Part shown: positions 29,436 through 38,478 of the stretch, piece by piece | Numbering within the stretch: position 1 is the first letter of the stretch | Layout: the number at the start of each line of letters is the position of its first letter | DNA from: an uncultured Spirochaetota bacterium | Lineage (GTDB): Bacteria; Spirochaetota; Spirochaetia; SZUA-6; Fen-1364 | Direction of reading: 5' to 3' | Assembly (NCBI GenBank): GCA_963845535.1 | Contig: CAWJSK010000017.1 | Location: 1 to 64,000, forward strand | Length of the DNA stretch: 64,000 bases | Position numbers and translations under genes: made by a program | Notes under the pieces: model-generated | Seen by the model: only the letters and a program-made list of their open reading frames with translations | Told to the model about the DNA's origin: nothing | Databases searched by the model: none

Positions 29436-30864
29436 ACGACGGCTCTTGTTCCATTGCGGTGAGCGGACGGAGGTACCAGATGGTGGCTGCGCGCTTGAAG
29501 GTTATACCCGGTGTTTTCCATCCGTCCGTGCCCAGTCCTGCCTTTCTGGACAACACGCCAAGGAAAGCGCCGCGGTCGTAATGCCGTTCAACGGCAAGGG
29601 ATGACTGCAGGAGCGCGGCACGGCCGCCTTCCAAAAGGAGGACGCTGTCCAGGCCGGGCCGGAAGTCCAGGGGGTTTGCCATCATGTGCCACGGTCCGAA
29701 TACACTGAGCTCGATTTCGAGCGCTGCACGCTCCCCAGAGCGCACAGGGGAATAGCGCGGGTCAGAGGCCGCGGCTTGCGCGCAATAGCGCGCCGCGGCA
29801 TTCGCGTCCCGTACGCCGCCGTACAGTGCCAGGCAGCCGCGGTCCAGGCCATCATTGAGCAGGCGAACGGCAATGCCCATTCCGTCGGCACCTGGCGCGG
29901 GCTCGCTCACGCGACCTCCGTTCCACGCTGACTCCAGGGATGCAGCCGCGGAAGCGGCCAGTCGCTCCAGCCTCTCAGGGGGGAATGCGCTTTCCAGGAC
30001 GCCTCGGTCCTTGTCGGCCCATCCCGACAGGACATCCTGGGCAGAGGCGTCTCCCGCGCGTACACTTCGCTCCCGGAGTGCTTCCCGAAGACTTGCCGGC
30101 GCCTGGACCCACAGACCCGCGCCCGGCCAGAATCCGTGCTCATAGCCCATGAAGGTCTCCGGCTGCGCTTCCCAAAGCTGCCATGCGCCGTTTTCCTCGT
30201 TGCTCTCAGGAAAAGCTGACTCCGTACCGGCCTCCATGTACCACGACGCCCCATTTTCGGACAGCTCCCGCGCCAGCCTCGAAAGCCATCCCCACGCCAG
30301 CGGCGCGCTCTTCTGGTAGGCGGCTGACAGCGCCACGGTCACAAGCGGCGGCCTGTGCTCCCGAATCCAAGCCGCCAGCTCGTCCAGGAAGCGCTCCGGC
30401 GGATCTCCCGGATCATGGGCAAGGATATCCAGGTCGAGGCTGACGACCAGGGGACCTTGGATGCGCAGCGCGCGCAGGTCCCGCCAGTCGGCAAGCGTGA
30501 CATGGCCCTCAATCCGGGCGGCGTCACTGGGCGCAAAGCCCTCCAGGCTCCGGTGGAGCCATTTCATGCGGGAATTGCGGTTGGGCAGGAGCAAGGTCCG
30601 ACCGGAAACCCAGACCACCCGTGACAGGACGTCCTGGTCCAGGAGGCTGCCCACCCAGTTGAAGCTGGTAACGCCGTTGTCGGCGTTAGCGATATCATGA
30701 TGGTAGTCCAGGAGAACGAGCGTGCTGCCGGGATGGGACTTCGCGAATGCCCAGACCAGGGGATAGGATAGGACGTGACGATCATGGACGTGAATCTGCG
30801 GCGCTGCACAGGATGCCAGGAAACCCAGCAGAAGACCTGCCGCCGCGAACCGGCCGGATGACAT
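29407..30864 (-). CDS. Lipoprotein: UPF0489/arginase-fold domain fused to AMMECR1 domain
   Basis: Lipobox LASC; LVLLDYHHDI and VSLDLDIL; C-terminal RGCL, DPRYSPV, EIELSVF and LSRKAGL..W. Confidence 0.82.
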   Translation of the reverse strand: MSSGRFAAAGLLLGFLASCAAPQIHVHDRHVLSYPLVWAFAKSHPGSTLVLLDYHHDIANADNGVTSFNWVGSLLDQDVLSRVVWVSGRTLLLPNRNSRMKWLHRSLEGFAPSDAARIEGHVTLADWRDLRALRIQGPLVVSLDLDILAHDPGDPPERFLDELAAWIREHRPPLVTVALSAAYQKSAPLAWGWLSRLARELSENGASWYMEAGTESAFPESNEENGAWQLWEAQPETFMGYEHGFWPGAGLWVQAPASLREALRERSVRAGDASAQDVLSGWADKDRGVLESAFPPERLERLAASAAASLESAWNGGRVSEPAPGADGMGIAVRLLNDGLDRGCLALYGGVRDANAAARYCAQAAASDPRYSPVRSGERAALEIELSVFGPWHMMANPLDFRPGLDSVLLLEGGRAALLQSSLAVERHYDRGAFLGVLSRKAGLGTDGWKTPGITFKRAATIWYLRPLTAMEQEPSFKAPGPRRK

Positions 30865-31984
30865 GAGTCAGATTACCATGACTGGCGCACGCCGAAGAAG
30901 CAGGCGCGGAAGCCGGCGCGGAAGCCGGCGCGGAACGGCGGCGCTCATTGCTGCTCTCATTGGCATTCTCACTGCGTGCACCGCTGGGAAGGGGGAAACC
31001 CTTCTGGTGGGTGGAGACTGCATGTTTGGCCGCATGCAGGGGAGAGGCGGGGCAATTGACAATCCGTGGACCGGCATCAACCCCGCGCTGCGGCATGCGG
31101 ATGCGTTTCTGTTCAACCTTGAGACAACCATTGGGTCCGGCGGGACTCCCAAGCACAAGGAGTTCGTGTTTCAGAGCTCTCCCGAGCCCCTGGCTTCTTT
31201 GCGGACGCTCACCAGGCCCGTGGCCGGGTTGGCAAACAACCACACAATGGATTTCGGAGCCGCGGGGCTTGCCGGAACCCTGTCAGCGTTGGACTCGCTG
31301 GGACTTGCCCGCGCGGGGGCGGGGAAGGACGTCGAGGCCGCCTTTTCTCCCGCCGTGATGGCGGCCGGTGGCGTCGACATTCGGATGCTTGCCGCCGGAG
31401 TTGACAACAATCTTGATGCGCTTGCCCGAAAGGACTGGCCGGGCATTGCGGGGATCAACGAGCAGAGGCTCGCTCAGCAGGTTTCCGCGGTGCGAGGGCA
31501 TTCTTCCGCCGTTGTTGTCATGCTCCACTGGGGGATCGAATACGACACCGCGTACCAGCTCTCCGAGCAGCGGCTGGCGCACGCGCTTGTTGACGCCGGC
31601 GCGGACCTCGTTGTGGGGTCGGGGCCGCACGTTCTTCGAGGCCTGGAGCGCTACCGGGGAGCCCTGATCTGCTACAGCCTCGGGAACCTGGTCTTCGACG
31701 ATCTGCGGGACACCGAGACTTCAGCCGGAGCGCTTCTGAGGATGCGCGTGACGCGCCGCGCCGACGGCGGCGTGAGAAAGCGCTTTGCTCTTGCGCCTCT
31801 TCGCACCCGGATGGTCTTGGAAGGCCCGCGCGCTCCGTCTCTTGAAGACGCGGTGGCAATTGCGGACCTGATTGCCTCCCGTTCTGCCGACTCCAGAGTC
31901 TTCGGCCACCTCCGGGCCTACCGGGAGGACGGCCTGTACTGGTTCGACCTTGGGGGCGAGCTCGGCGGCCGCCGGCGGCGATGA
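30863..31984 (+). CDS. CapA (PGA_cap) family metallophosphatase lipoprotein
   Basis: GDCMFGR, NLET, LANNH, HWGIEY, GPHV and YSLGNLVFD; lipobox LTAC; start may be ATG 30878. Confidence 0.9.
   Translation: MSQITMTGARRRSRRGSRRGSRRGTAALIAALIGILTACTAGKGETLLVGGDCMFGRMQGRGGAIDNPWTGINPALRHADAFLFNLETTIGSGGTPKHKEFVFQSSPEPLASLRTLTRPVAGLANNHTMDFGAAGLAGTLSALDSLGLARAGAGKDVEAAFSPAVMAAGGVDIRMLAAGVDNNLDALARKDWPGIAGINEQRLAQQVSAVRGHSSAVVVMLHWGIEYDTAYQLSEQRLAHALVDAGADLVVGSGPHVLRGLERYRGALICYSLGNLVFDDLRDTETSAGALLRMRVTRRADGGVRKRFALAPLRTRMVLEGPRAPSLEDAVAIADLIASRSADSRVFGHLRAYREDGLYWFDLGGELGGRRRR
30898..30934 (+). repeat. 12-bp tandem repeat (about 3 copies) encoding SRRG in the signal n-region
   Basis: aagcaggcgcgg aagccggcgcgg aagccggcgcgg. 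Confidence 0.8.
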
Positions 31985-32132
31985 TCTTTGCCCGCAGCAG
32001 GCGAATTTCGGGCTGGGACCGGGTAAGACGCAGCGCGTCGAAGCTCTCTGCAAACGCAGCAACATTCGACTCCGCCGCAGGCCCTTTCTGATCGATAATA
32101 ATGGAGAGAGCGGCAGGAGGAGCGAAGTCATC

Positions 32133-33824
32133 GTGAGTCACGAAACACACAATCACGCTTCGGTCAGGTTTCGGCCGGTTGCCTGCGCGTGGATTCTCCT
32201 CATGATGAGTTGCGCTTCGGTCTCACCTCGCGTTTCGCCTGTTGGCGGCCCCGCCGCTGGCGGTCCGCCCGCCGGTGGTCTCCCGACGTTCACGGTCCCT
32301 GCCGTGAGTGCGAGCGTCTCCGAGGTGAAACAAGCGCCCGCCCTTGTCAGTGACGACGAAGTCTCCAAAGCGCAGGCCGCGCTCCGCGACGCTTCGGCGT
32401 GGGGGGCGGAATTCTATGAGCCGCAAATGTATGCGAAGGCGCAAGCCGCTTTTGACGCGGCACTCGCCTCGCGTGACGGCGACCCGGCTCGATTCCGTTC
32501 TCTTCTTGCCGCGGCAACGGAGGCCGCGAGCTCTGCCAAGGAAGCGGCCCTGCCGGCTTATGAAGCGGACGTAAAGACCCGGTTCGAAACATCGCGCGCC
32601 AGACTCGTGGAAATTGGAGCAGACCGAGCCTTCCCCGATGAGTTCGCCCGGCTCGTCTCGGGTATCGATGCGATAGCGGATCTCTTTGCCGCCGGGTCTT
32701 ACTGGGATGCCCGCTTCAAGGCCTATACCACGCTCAAAGGCATGAGCGACCTCTATGACACGGTCCGGGGCTTGTCCGACTGGCTGAAGGACGCACGGAC
32801 CCGCGTGCTGAGCGCTCTTGACGCCGCTCAGGCGATTGACGCGCAAAAATGGGCGCCCGCGGAAATGAAAAATGCGCAAGAGAAGTATCACGATGCCCTG
32901 ACCCAAATGCAGGCCGGTGATCTGAAAGCAGCCATTGATTCAATGAAGGCCGCAGGGCAGATCGCGCTCAGGCTGCCCTTCCTCCAAGACAAAACGGGCG
33001 CGCATGTGGCGAGCTTGCCGCCGTCGGGATTGCCACGGGCCGGCATGGCACCGGCAGGCATCCCACCGGCCGGCATGCCAGCCCTTCCGGAGGACGACAA
33101 AGAGATACCGGGGCCCAACTCCAGGCTTCCTCCTTCTGCCGCTGGTTCCCTCTCCGGCCAGCGAGTTCGGATCGCGGAGATGAACATGAGATCTCTCGGC
33201 GCCCCGCAGAGATTGTACACCACCTTTTCAGCCACGGTGGCCGGTTTCGATCTTGTAGCCGCCGAGGGCCTCCGGGACGCGGGAGTGATGGAGAAGGTGT
33301 TGTCCGGGATGGATGACGGCTGGGAAGCTGCCGTGAGCAGAAGCGGATATTTCGGGTTCATCTACAACGACAGGATACAAATGGTCAAGGACCTGGGCTC
33401 CTACCGGGGGAAAGGCGAGTTTCTGCGCACTCCCTATGCAGCGCAGTTCAGGCTTGTGGGAACACGCTTCGCAATGAACCTTGTCCTTTGTCATATCGAA
33501 ACCAACAACGACCCCAAGCTCAGGATGGCCGAGATGGCCCGTCTGGCCGATGTCTACCACTATTACGAGAATCTGACCGGCAACCGAGGGATCACGCTCC
33601 TTCTCGCGGGAGGCCTCGGTGATGTGCCGGAGAAGGCTTCTGAGTCCCTGGTGCCTCAAGGGGAAATGGTGTCTCTCCACGCGAACCTCGCGGCTCCGGA
33701 AGGCTCACGCGACCAGGGGCATCGAATGTTTGCCAGCGTCGGTCTTCGGCCGCTGATCGAAGAATCAGGGTTTGGCGCGTCGGCCCCTCACGCCGCTTAT
33801 GTTGTCTTGAAGGCTGGCAAATAA
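32133..33824 (+). CDS. Lipoprotein with DUF4398-like helical repeats and degenerate EEP/DNase I-like domain
   Basis: AGGAGG RBS; lipobox MMSC; three GA..Y.P...A..-type helices; C-terminal RIAEMNMRSLG, FDLVAAE, FLRTPYAAQF and LVLCHI. Confidence 0.72.
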   Translation: MSHETHNHASVRFRPVACAWILLMMSCASVSPRVSPVGGPAAGGPPAGGLPTFTVPAVSASVSEVKQAPALVSDDEVSKAQAALRDASAWGAEFYEPQMYAKAQAAFDAALASRDGDPARFRSLLAAATEAASSAKEAALPAYEADVKTRFETSRARLVEIGADRAFPDEFARLVSGIDAIADLFAAGSYWDARFKAYTTLKGMSDLYDTVRGLSDWLKDARTRVLSALDAAQAIDAQKWAPAEMKNAQEKYHDALTQMQAGDLKAAIDSMKAAGQIALRLPFLQDKTGAHVASLPPSGLPRAGMAPAGIPPAGMPALPEDDKEIPGPNSRLPPSAAGSLSGQRVRIAEMNMRSLGAPQRLYTTFSATVAGFDLVAAEGLRDAGVMEKVLSGMDDGWEAAVSRSGYFGFIYNDRIQMVKDLGSYRGKGEFLRTPYAAQFRLVGTRFAMNLVLCHIETNNDPKLRMAEMARLADVYHYYENLTGNRGITLLLAGGLGDVPEKASESLVPQGEMVSLHANLAAPEGSRDQGHRMFASVGLRPLIEESGFGASAPHAAYVVLKAGK

Positions 33825-33853
33825 GCCCGCGGAAGCTTGCGCAGACCAGACAG

Positions 33854-34276
33854 TTAACCTACGCCGAGCCGCTCGGCTATTCGCGCTGCGCCCAGGCGCG
33901 CGATCTCGGCGTCCTCGGCCTGGTCGAGGCCGCTCACGGCCACCGCCCCGACGAGCCTTTTTTGATGCCAGACCGGGACGCCGCCGTCCCAGCCCGTGAA
34001 CCGGACGTCACTGTTGGCCATCTGCCAGCCGTTTTTTTGAAAGTTTCGTCCCAAGAGGCCGGTCTCCGACTTTTCGCGCGCGGCGGTGAAAACCTTCCTT
34101 GTCGCAACTTCCACGGAAGGGAGAGGAGCCCCATCCATCCGGAGCAGGGAAATCAGCTCGCCATGAGAATCAGCCACCGCGATGACGGCGACCTTTCCCC
34201 TTCGAATGAGCTCCTCGCGAATTGCGTCGGTTGCGATTCTGGCCTCTTCTTCGCCGAGCTCTACCAAGTCCTGCAT
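33854..34276 (-). CDS. GlcG/HbpS family heme-binding protein (DUF336)
   Basis: IAVADSHGELISLLRMDGA, GGVPV and GAVAVSG...EDAEIA. Confidence 0.9.
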   Translation of the reverse strand: MQDLVELGEEEARIATDAIREELIRRGKVAVIAVADSHGELISLLRMDGAPLPSVEVATRKVFTAAREKSETGLLGRNFQKNGWQMANSDVRFTGWDGGVPVWHQKRLVGAVAVSGLDQAEDAEIARLGAARIAERLGVG

Positions 34277-34433
34277 ACGCTGCCTCCCTCCGTGCCCATG
34301 CCGAGATGCGGATCCGTCTCCGCGACGCTGGAAACATAGCCTGCCCCGGTGATCGTTGTCAAACAGGGATCGCGCATGGGGCCGACTTCCGTCTCCGCTC
34401 CGCAATATCGCGTCCTTTCGCCGCCCAAAGACA

Positions 34434-34442
34434 TGCTATAAT
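34434..34442 (+). promoter_or_regulatory. Extended -10 promoter
   Basis: TGcTATAAT 84 nt upstream of kinase ATG. Confidence 0.65.
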
Positions 34443-34525
34443 CGTTGAAGCCATCAATTACGCTGCCACATCATCTGCTGCTCTTGAAAAATGGCAAAGT
34501 CGACTCCTGCTTAAAAGGAGGAGGA

Positions 34526-37500
34526 ATGAAAGAGCCAACCCTCAAGACGCGTGTTGCGATGATCGTGGATGCGATAGGGAAGGTCTCACCAGCGGACTCA
34601 ACTCTGGGAATCGACAAAACAGGCCGGGGTGACCCGACCGACGCCTTGATCGATGCCATTGAGGGCCTTCTGCATCGGTGTCGCGAAAGCCTGACAGCGC
34701 TCCAAAGCGCGCAGAGGGTCATGCGTGAGCTGCAGATCCCGAGTGACCGCAGCGCCAAGGAAGAGCTTTCTCGGGAGCAGACTCTTCTGATGGACGCGCT
34801 GCAAGAGAACTTGCCTGATACGATCTACTTCAAGGATGCACAGAGTCGTTTCCTGCACCTCAGCAAGGCCCATGCGAAAGCATTCAATCTGATCCGCAAA
34901 GAAGAAGTCGTCGGAAAGACAGATTTCGATTTCTTCATGGCAGAGCATGCCCGGGAAGCGTTTGACGACGAGCAAAAGATCATCCGTACCGGCATCCCGA
35001 TCATCAATAAAGAAGAGAAAGAGACATGGCCCGACCGTCCCGCAACGTGGGTCCTGACGACGAAAATGCCCTTGCGGGATGAGCACGGCGCCATTGTGGG
35101 GACATTCGGAATATCACGCGACATCACGGAGCGCAAAAGGGCGGAGCTCGCCCTGAGACAGGAAACCATCAGACGTCGAGTCTTGTTCGAAGAGGCAATG
35201 GACGGCGTCGTCGTCCTCGGTCTGGACTTGAAGGTCATTGAAGCCAACAGGAGCTTTGCCACCATGCTCGGTTACTCGGAGGAGGAAGTCCGACAACTCC
35301 ACCTGTGGGATTGGGACGTGTTCTTCCCCACGGAAGAGCTCGCGAGAGCGCAGTGGCCGGAGCCGCCGGCGACGAAGGGGACCATCGAGACACGGCATCG
35401 ACGAAAGGACGGCTCCATCTATGACGCGGAAATCAGCTTCAACCCCGCCGTCTTTTCCGGAGAGAAGCTCATGTACTGCGTGTGCAGGGATATTACCCGG
35501 CGCAAGCGGCTCGAAGAGAACCTGGAAAAGGAAAGGTCGCTGCTGCTGACCCTGATCAACAACCTGCCGGATCATGTCTCGATAAAGGACGCAGAAAGCC
35601 GGATCCTGATCACGAACACGGCAAACGCGCGCGCCATGGGCCTGGCGCTGACACAGGACGCAGTCGGGAAGACCGATCTCGATTTATATCCCCGCGCGGA
35701 GGCTGAGAGGTATCTCGACGATGAGAAGACCGTCATCCAGACGGGCACGGCTTTGATCAACAAGGAGGAAGAATCGTCGGATTCCGAAGGACGCAAACGC
35801 TGGACGCTGACAACCAAGGTACCGCTGAAAGATGCACAGGGCAGGGTCGTGGGGGTCGTCTGCACCGGACGCGACATAACCGAACGCAAACGGGCCGAAA
35901 CGGAGATTGTCCGCGCGAACCGCGCATTGCGAATGCTCAGTGACTCCAATCAAGCGCTGATTCACATGACGGATGAGATAGCTTTGTTGACCGAGACGTG
36001 CAGGATTGCCGTGGATGTGGGCGGTTATCGCATGGCGCGGGTCGAGTTTGTCGAGCACGATGAAGCAAAGACCCTGCGGCCGGTAGCCCATTCCGGATTC
36101 GAATCCGGATACATCGATTCCGCACGTGCTGGCTGGACCTGGGCGGATAATGAACGCGGTAGTGGCCCAGGCGGCACCGCGGTCCGCACGGGTCAACCGT
36201 ACATTGCCCGCAACACCCTCTCGGACCCGGCCTTCGAGCCCTGGCGGGACACGGCCATTCAGCGTGGCTACAGATCCGTCGTTGCCCTGCCGCTCATCAG
36301 CGAAGGCGCACCCCTTGGTGTGCTGGGCATCTACGCGGATGAAGTAGATGCCTTCGACACGGAGGAAGTCGAAATCCTGAAAGAGCTGGCGGGCGATCTG
36401 GCTTTTGGCGTTGCCGCATTGCGCACGCGGGTCAAGCGGGACCAGGCAGAAGCAGCGTTGCGCGAAAGCGAAGAACGCTACCGTCTCATTGCGGAAAACA
36501 CCGCGGATACGATAGTCGTTTCGGATCTGGCCTTCAAGCCGATGTACGTCAGTCCGTCCGTTCTGAGGCTGAACGGGTATTCGGTTCAAGAGACGATGTC
36601 ACAATCCATGGATCAGATTCTCACCCCCGACTCTCTGCAAAAAGCAACGAGGGCATTTGCCGAGCAGATGGCTCTCGAGGAGAGCGGAAAAAGCGACCCC
36701 TCGAGGACTGCCTTGATGGAGCTCGAGGAGTACCGGAAAGACGGCTCTACGATCTGGGTTGAGCTTGCGGCATCGGTTCTCAGGGACGCCAATCTCAAGC
36801 CGATTGGAATCCTGTCGGTGACGAGAGATATCACCAAGCGCAGGAAGGCGGAAGCGGCTCGGCAGCTTCTGGCTTCCGCGGTCGAACAGGCCGCCGAGAT
36901 GATCATCATTACGGACGCGGCAGCCGTGATCGAGTACGTAAACCCCGCATTCATAACCATCACCGGATATTCGAGAGAAGAGGTTGTCGGTCGCAACGCC
37001 CGTGTTCTCAAGAGCGGCGCGCACGACGCGGCTTTCTATGCATCCCTCTGGCAGACAATCTCCCATGGCGAGACCTGGAGAGGACGTTTCGTGAACAGAA
37101 AGAAGGATGGCACTCGGTACCCCGAAAACGCGACGATCTCTCCGGTTCTGGATTCCACGGGCTCCATCGTGAACTACGTAGCGGTCAAGCATGATATCAC
37201 GCGCGAGCAGCAGCTCGAAGACCAGCTTCGCCAGATGCAGAAGATCGAATCCGTGGGGCGCCTGACGGGAGGCGTCGCTCATGATTTCAACAACATTCTC
37301 CAAGCCATCATAGGCTACTCTGAGCTTCTGAGCGTCAGAGTCTCCGGCGAGAACAAGCCGTACGTCGCAGAGATCATCAAGGCAGCGAACAGGGCGGGGG
37401 CGCTGACAGCGCAGCTTCTGGCCTTCAGTCGCAAGCAGGTCCTGAGCCCGCGAGTGCTCGAAACAAGGGAGCTCATTCACTCCATCCAGAAAATGCTTGA

Positions 37501-38386
37501 GAGAGTCATAGGGGAGGACATTGAGCTGCGGACTTCGGTTGATCCAAACACGGGCAACTTTCTCGCGGACCCCGGGCAGATGGAACAAGTCCTTCTGAAC
37601 CTTGCGGTCAACGCGCGGGATGCCATGCCATCAGGCGGGACCCTCACCATAGAGACCGCGAATCAGAGCTTCAATGAGACGTACGCTCACGATCATCCCG
37701 GGATAAAGGCAAGCGAGTACGTTTGCATCGCCGTAAGCGATACGGGAGCCGGGATGGATCAGGAAACCCTTTCGCACATCTACGAGCCCTTCTTCACCAC
37801 CAAGGAGGTGGGGAAAGGGACCGGCCTGGGACTGTCGACAGTGTACGGGATCGTCAAGCAGAGCGAGGGTTATATCGACTGTCGGAGCGCGTTGGGAAAA
37901 GGGACTACGTTCACGATCTACCTCCCCCTGACCCGGGAGGAAGCGGACAAGCCGCGGGTCGCGGAGTCCGGCACGGCTGCGCCACGAGGGACAGAGACGA
38001 TCCTGATCGTTGACGATGACAGAGCAGTTCGAAGCGCTGCAAGGATTGCTCTCGAAGCGGCAGGGTATGTCGTCATCGAGGCGGCAGGAGGTGAGGAAGC
38101 CTTGTCGGGCGTACGAGCGCGCGGCCTCGATGTCGCGCTCTTGGTTACCGATGTCGTGATGCCGCGAATGGGCGGGAAAGAAATGGCGCGAAGACTTCAA
38201 CAGGTATGCCCAAAAGCGAGAGTGCTCTATGCCTCGGGCTACACAGGTGACGTCATTTCGCAACAGGGGATTCTTGAGGCCGGCTCTGACTACCTGCAGA
38301 AGCCCTTCAGCTCCGCGGAGCTTCTCACCAAGGTGCGAGGGATGCTGGACAGACCCTGGGAAGCAGTCTCGGGTCCGCACCCGTGA
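34526..38386 (+). CDS. Hybrid sensor histidine kinase (5 PAS/PAC, GAF, HisKA, HATPase, REC)
   Basis: Five DIT-ending PAS/PAC units, GVAHDFNNIL, EPFFTTKEVGKGTGLGL and LLVTDVVMP; AGGAGG RBS. Confidence 0.95.
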   Translation: MKEPTLKTRVAMIVDAIGKVSPADSTLGIDKTGRGDPTDALIDAIEGLLHRCRESLTALQSAQRVMRELQIPSDRSAKEELSREQTLLMDALQENLPDTIYFKDAQSRFLHLSKAHAKAFNLIRKEEVVGKTDFDFFMAEHAREAFDDEQKIIRTGIPIINKEEKETWPDRPATWVLTTKMPLRDEHGAIVGTFGISRDITERKRAELALRQETIRRRVLFEEAMDGVVVLGLDLKVIEANRSFATMLGYSEEEVRQLHLWDWDVFFPTEELARAQWPEPPATKGTIETRHRRKDGSIYDAEISFNPAVFSGEKLMYCVCRDITRRKRLEENLEKERSLLLTLINNLPDHVSIKDAESRILITNTANARAMGLALTQDAVGKTDLDLYPRAEAERYLDDEKTVIQTGTALINKEEESSDSEGRKRWTLTTKVPLKDAQGRVVGVVCTGRDITERKRAETEIVRANRALRMLSDSNQALIHMTDEIALLTETCRIAVDVGGYRMARVEFVEHDEAKTLRPVAHSGFESGYIDSARAGWTWADNERGSGPGGTAVRTGQPYIARNTLSDPAFEPWRDTAIQRGYRSVVALPLISEGAPLGVLGIYADEVDAFDTEEVEILKELAGDLAFGVAALRTRVKRDQAEAALRESEERYRLIAENTADTIVVSDLAFKPMYVSPSVLRLNGYSVQETMSQSMDQILTPDSLQKATRAFAEQMALEESGKSDPSRTALMELEEYRKDGSTIWVELAASVLRDANLKPIGILSVTRDITKRRKAEAARQLLASAVEQAAEMIIITDAAAVIEYVNPAFITITGYSREEVVGRNARVLKSGAHDAAFYASLWQTISHGETWRGRFVNRKKDGTRYPENATISPVLDSTGSIVNYVAVKHDITREQQLEDQLRQMQKIESVGRLTGGVAHDFNNILQAIIGYSELLSVRVSGENKPYVAEIIKAANRAGALTAQLLAFSRKQVLSPRVLETRELIHSIQKMLERVIGEDIELRTSVDPNTGNFLADPGQMEQVLLNLAVNARDAMPSGGTLTIETANQSFNETYAHDHPGIKASEYVCIAVSDTGAGMDQETLSHIYEPFFTTKEVGKGTGLGLSTVYGIVKQSEGYIDCRSALGKGTTFTIYLPLTREEADKPRVAESGTAAPRGTETILIVDDDRAVRSAARIALEAAGYVVIEAAGGEEALSGVRARGLDVALLVTDVVMPRMGGKEMARRLQQVCPKARVLYASGYTGDVISQQGILEAGSDYLQKPFSSAELLTKVRGMLDRPWEAVSGPHP

Positions 38387-38423
38387 GAGTCGTTGGGACC
38401 AATCAATAGATTAAATCAAGTGA

Positions 38424-38452
38424 TTGACAATTGGGCCGCAATGTCCTATGCT
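38424..38452 (+). promoter_or_regulatory. Sigma70 promoter
   Basis: TTGACA-17-TATGCT. Confidence 0.7.
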
Positions 38453-38478
38453 TGGAAGATCGACGCCAAGGAGCTTCC

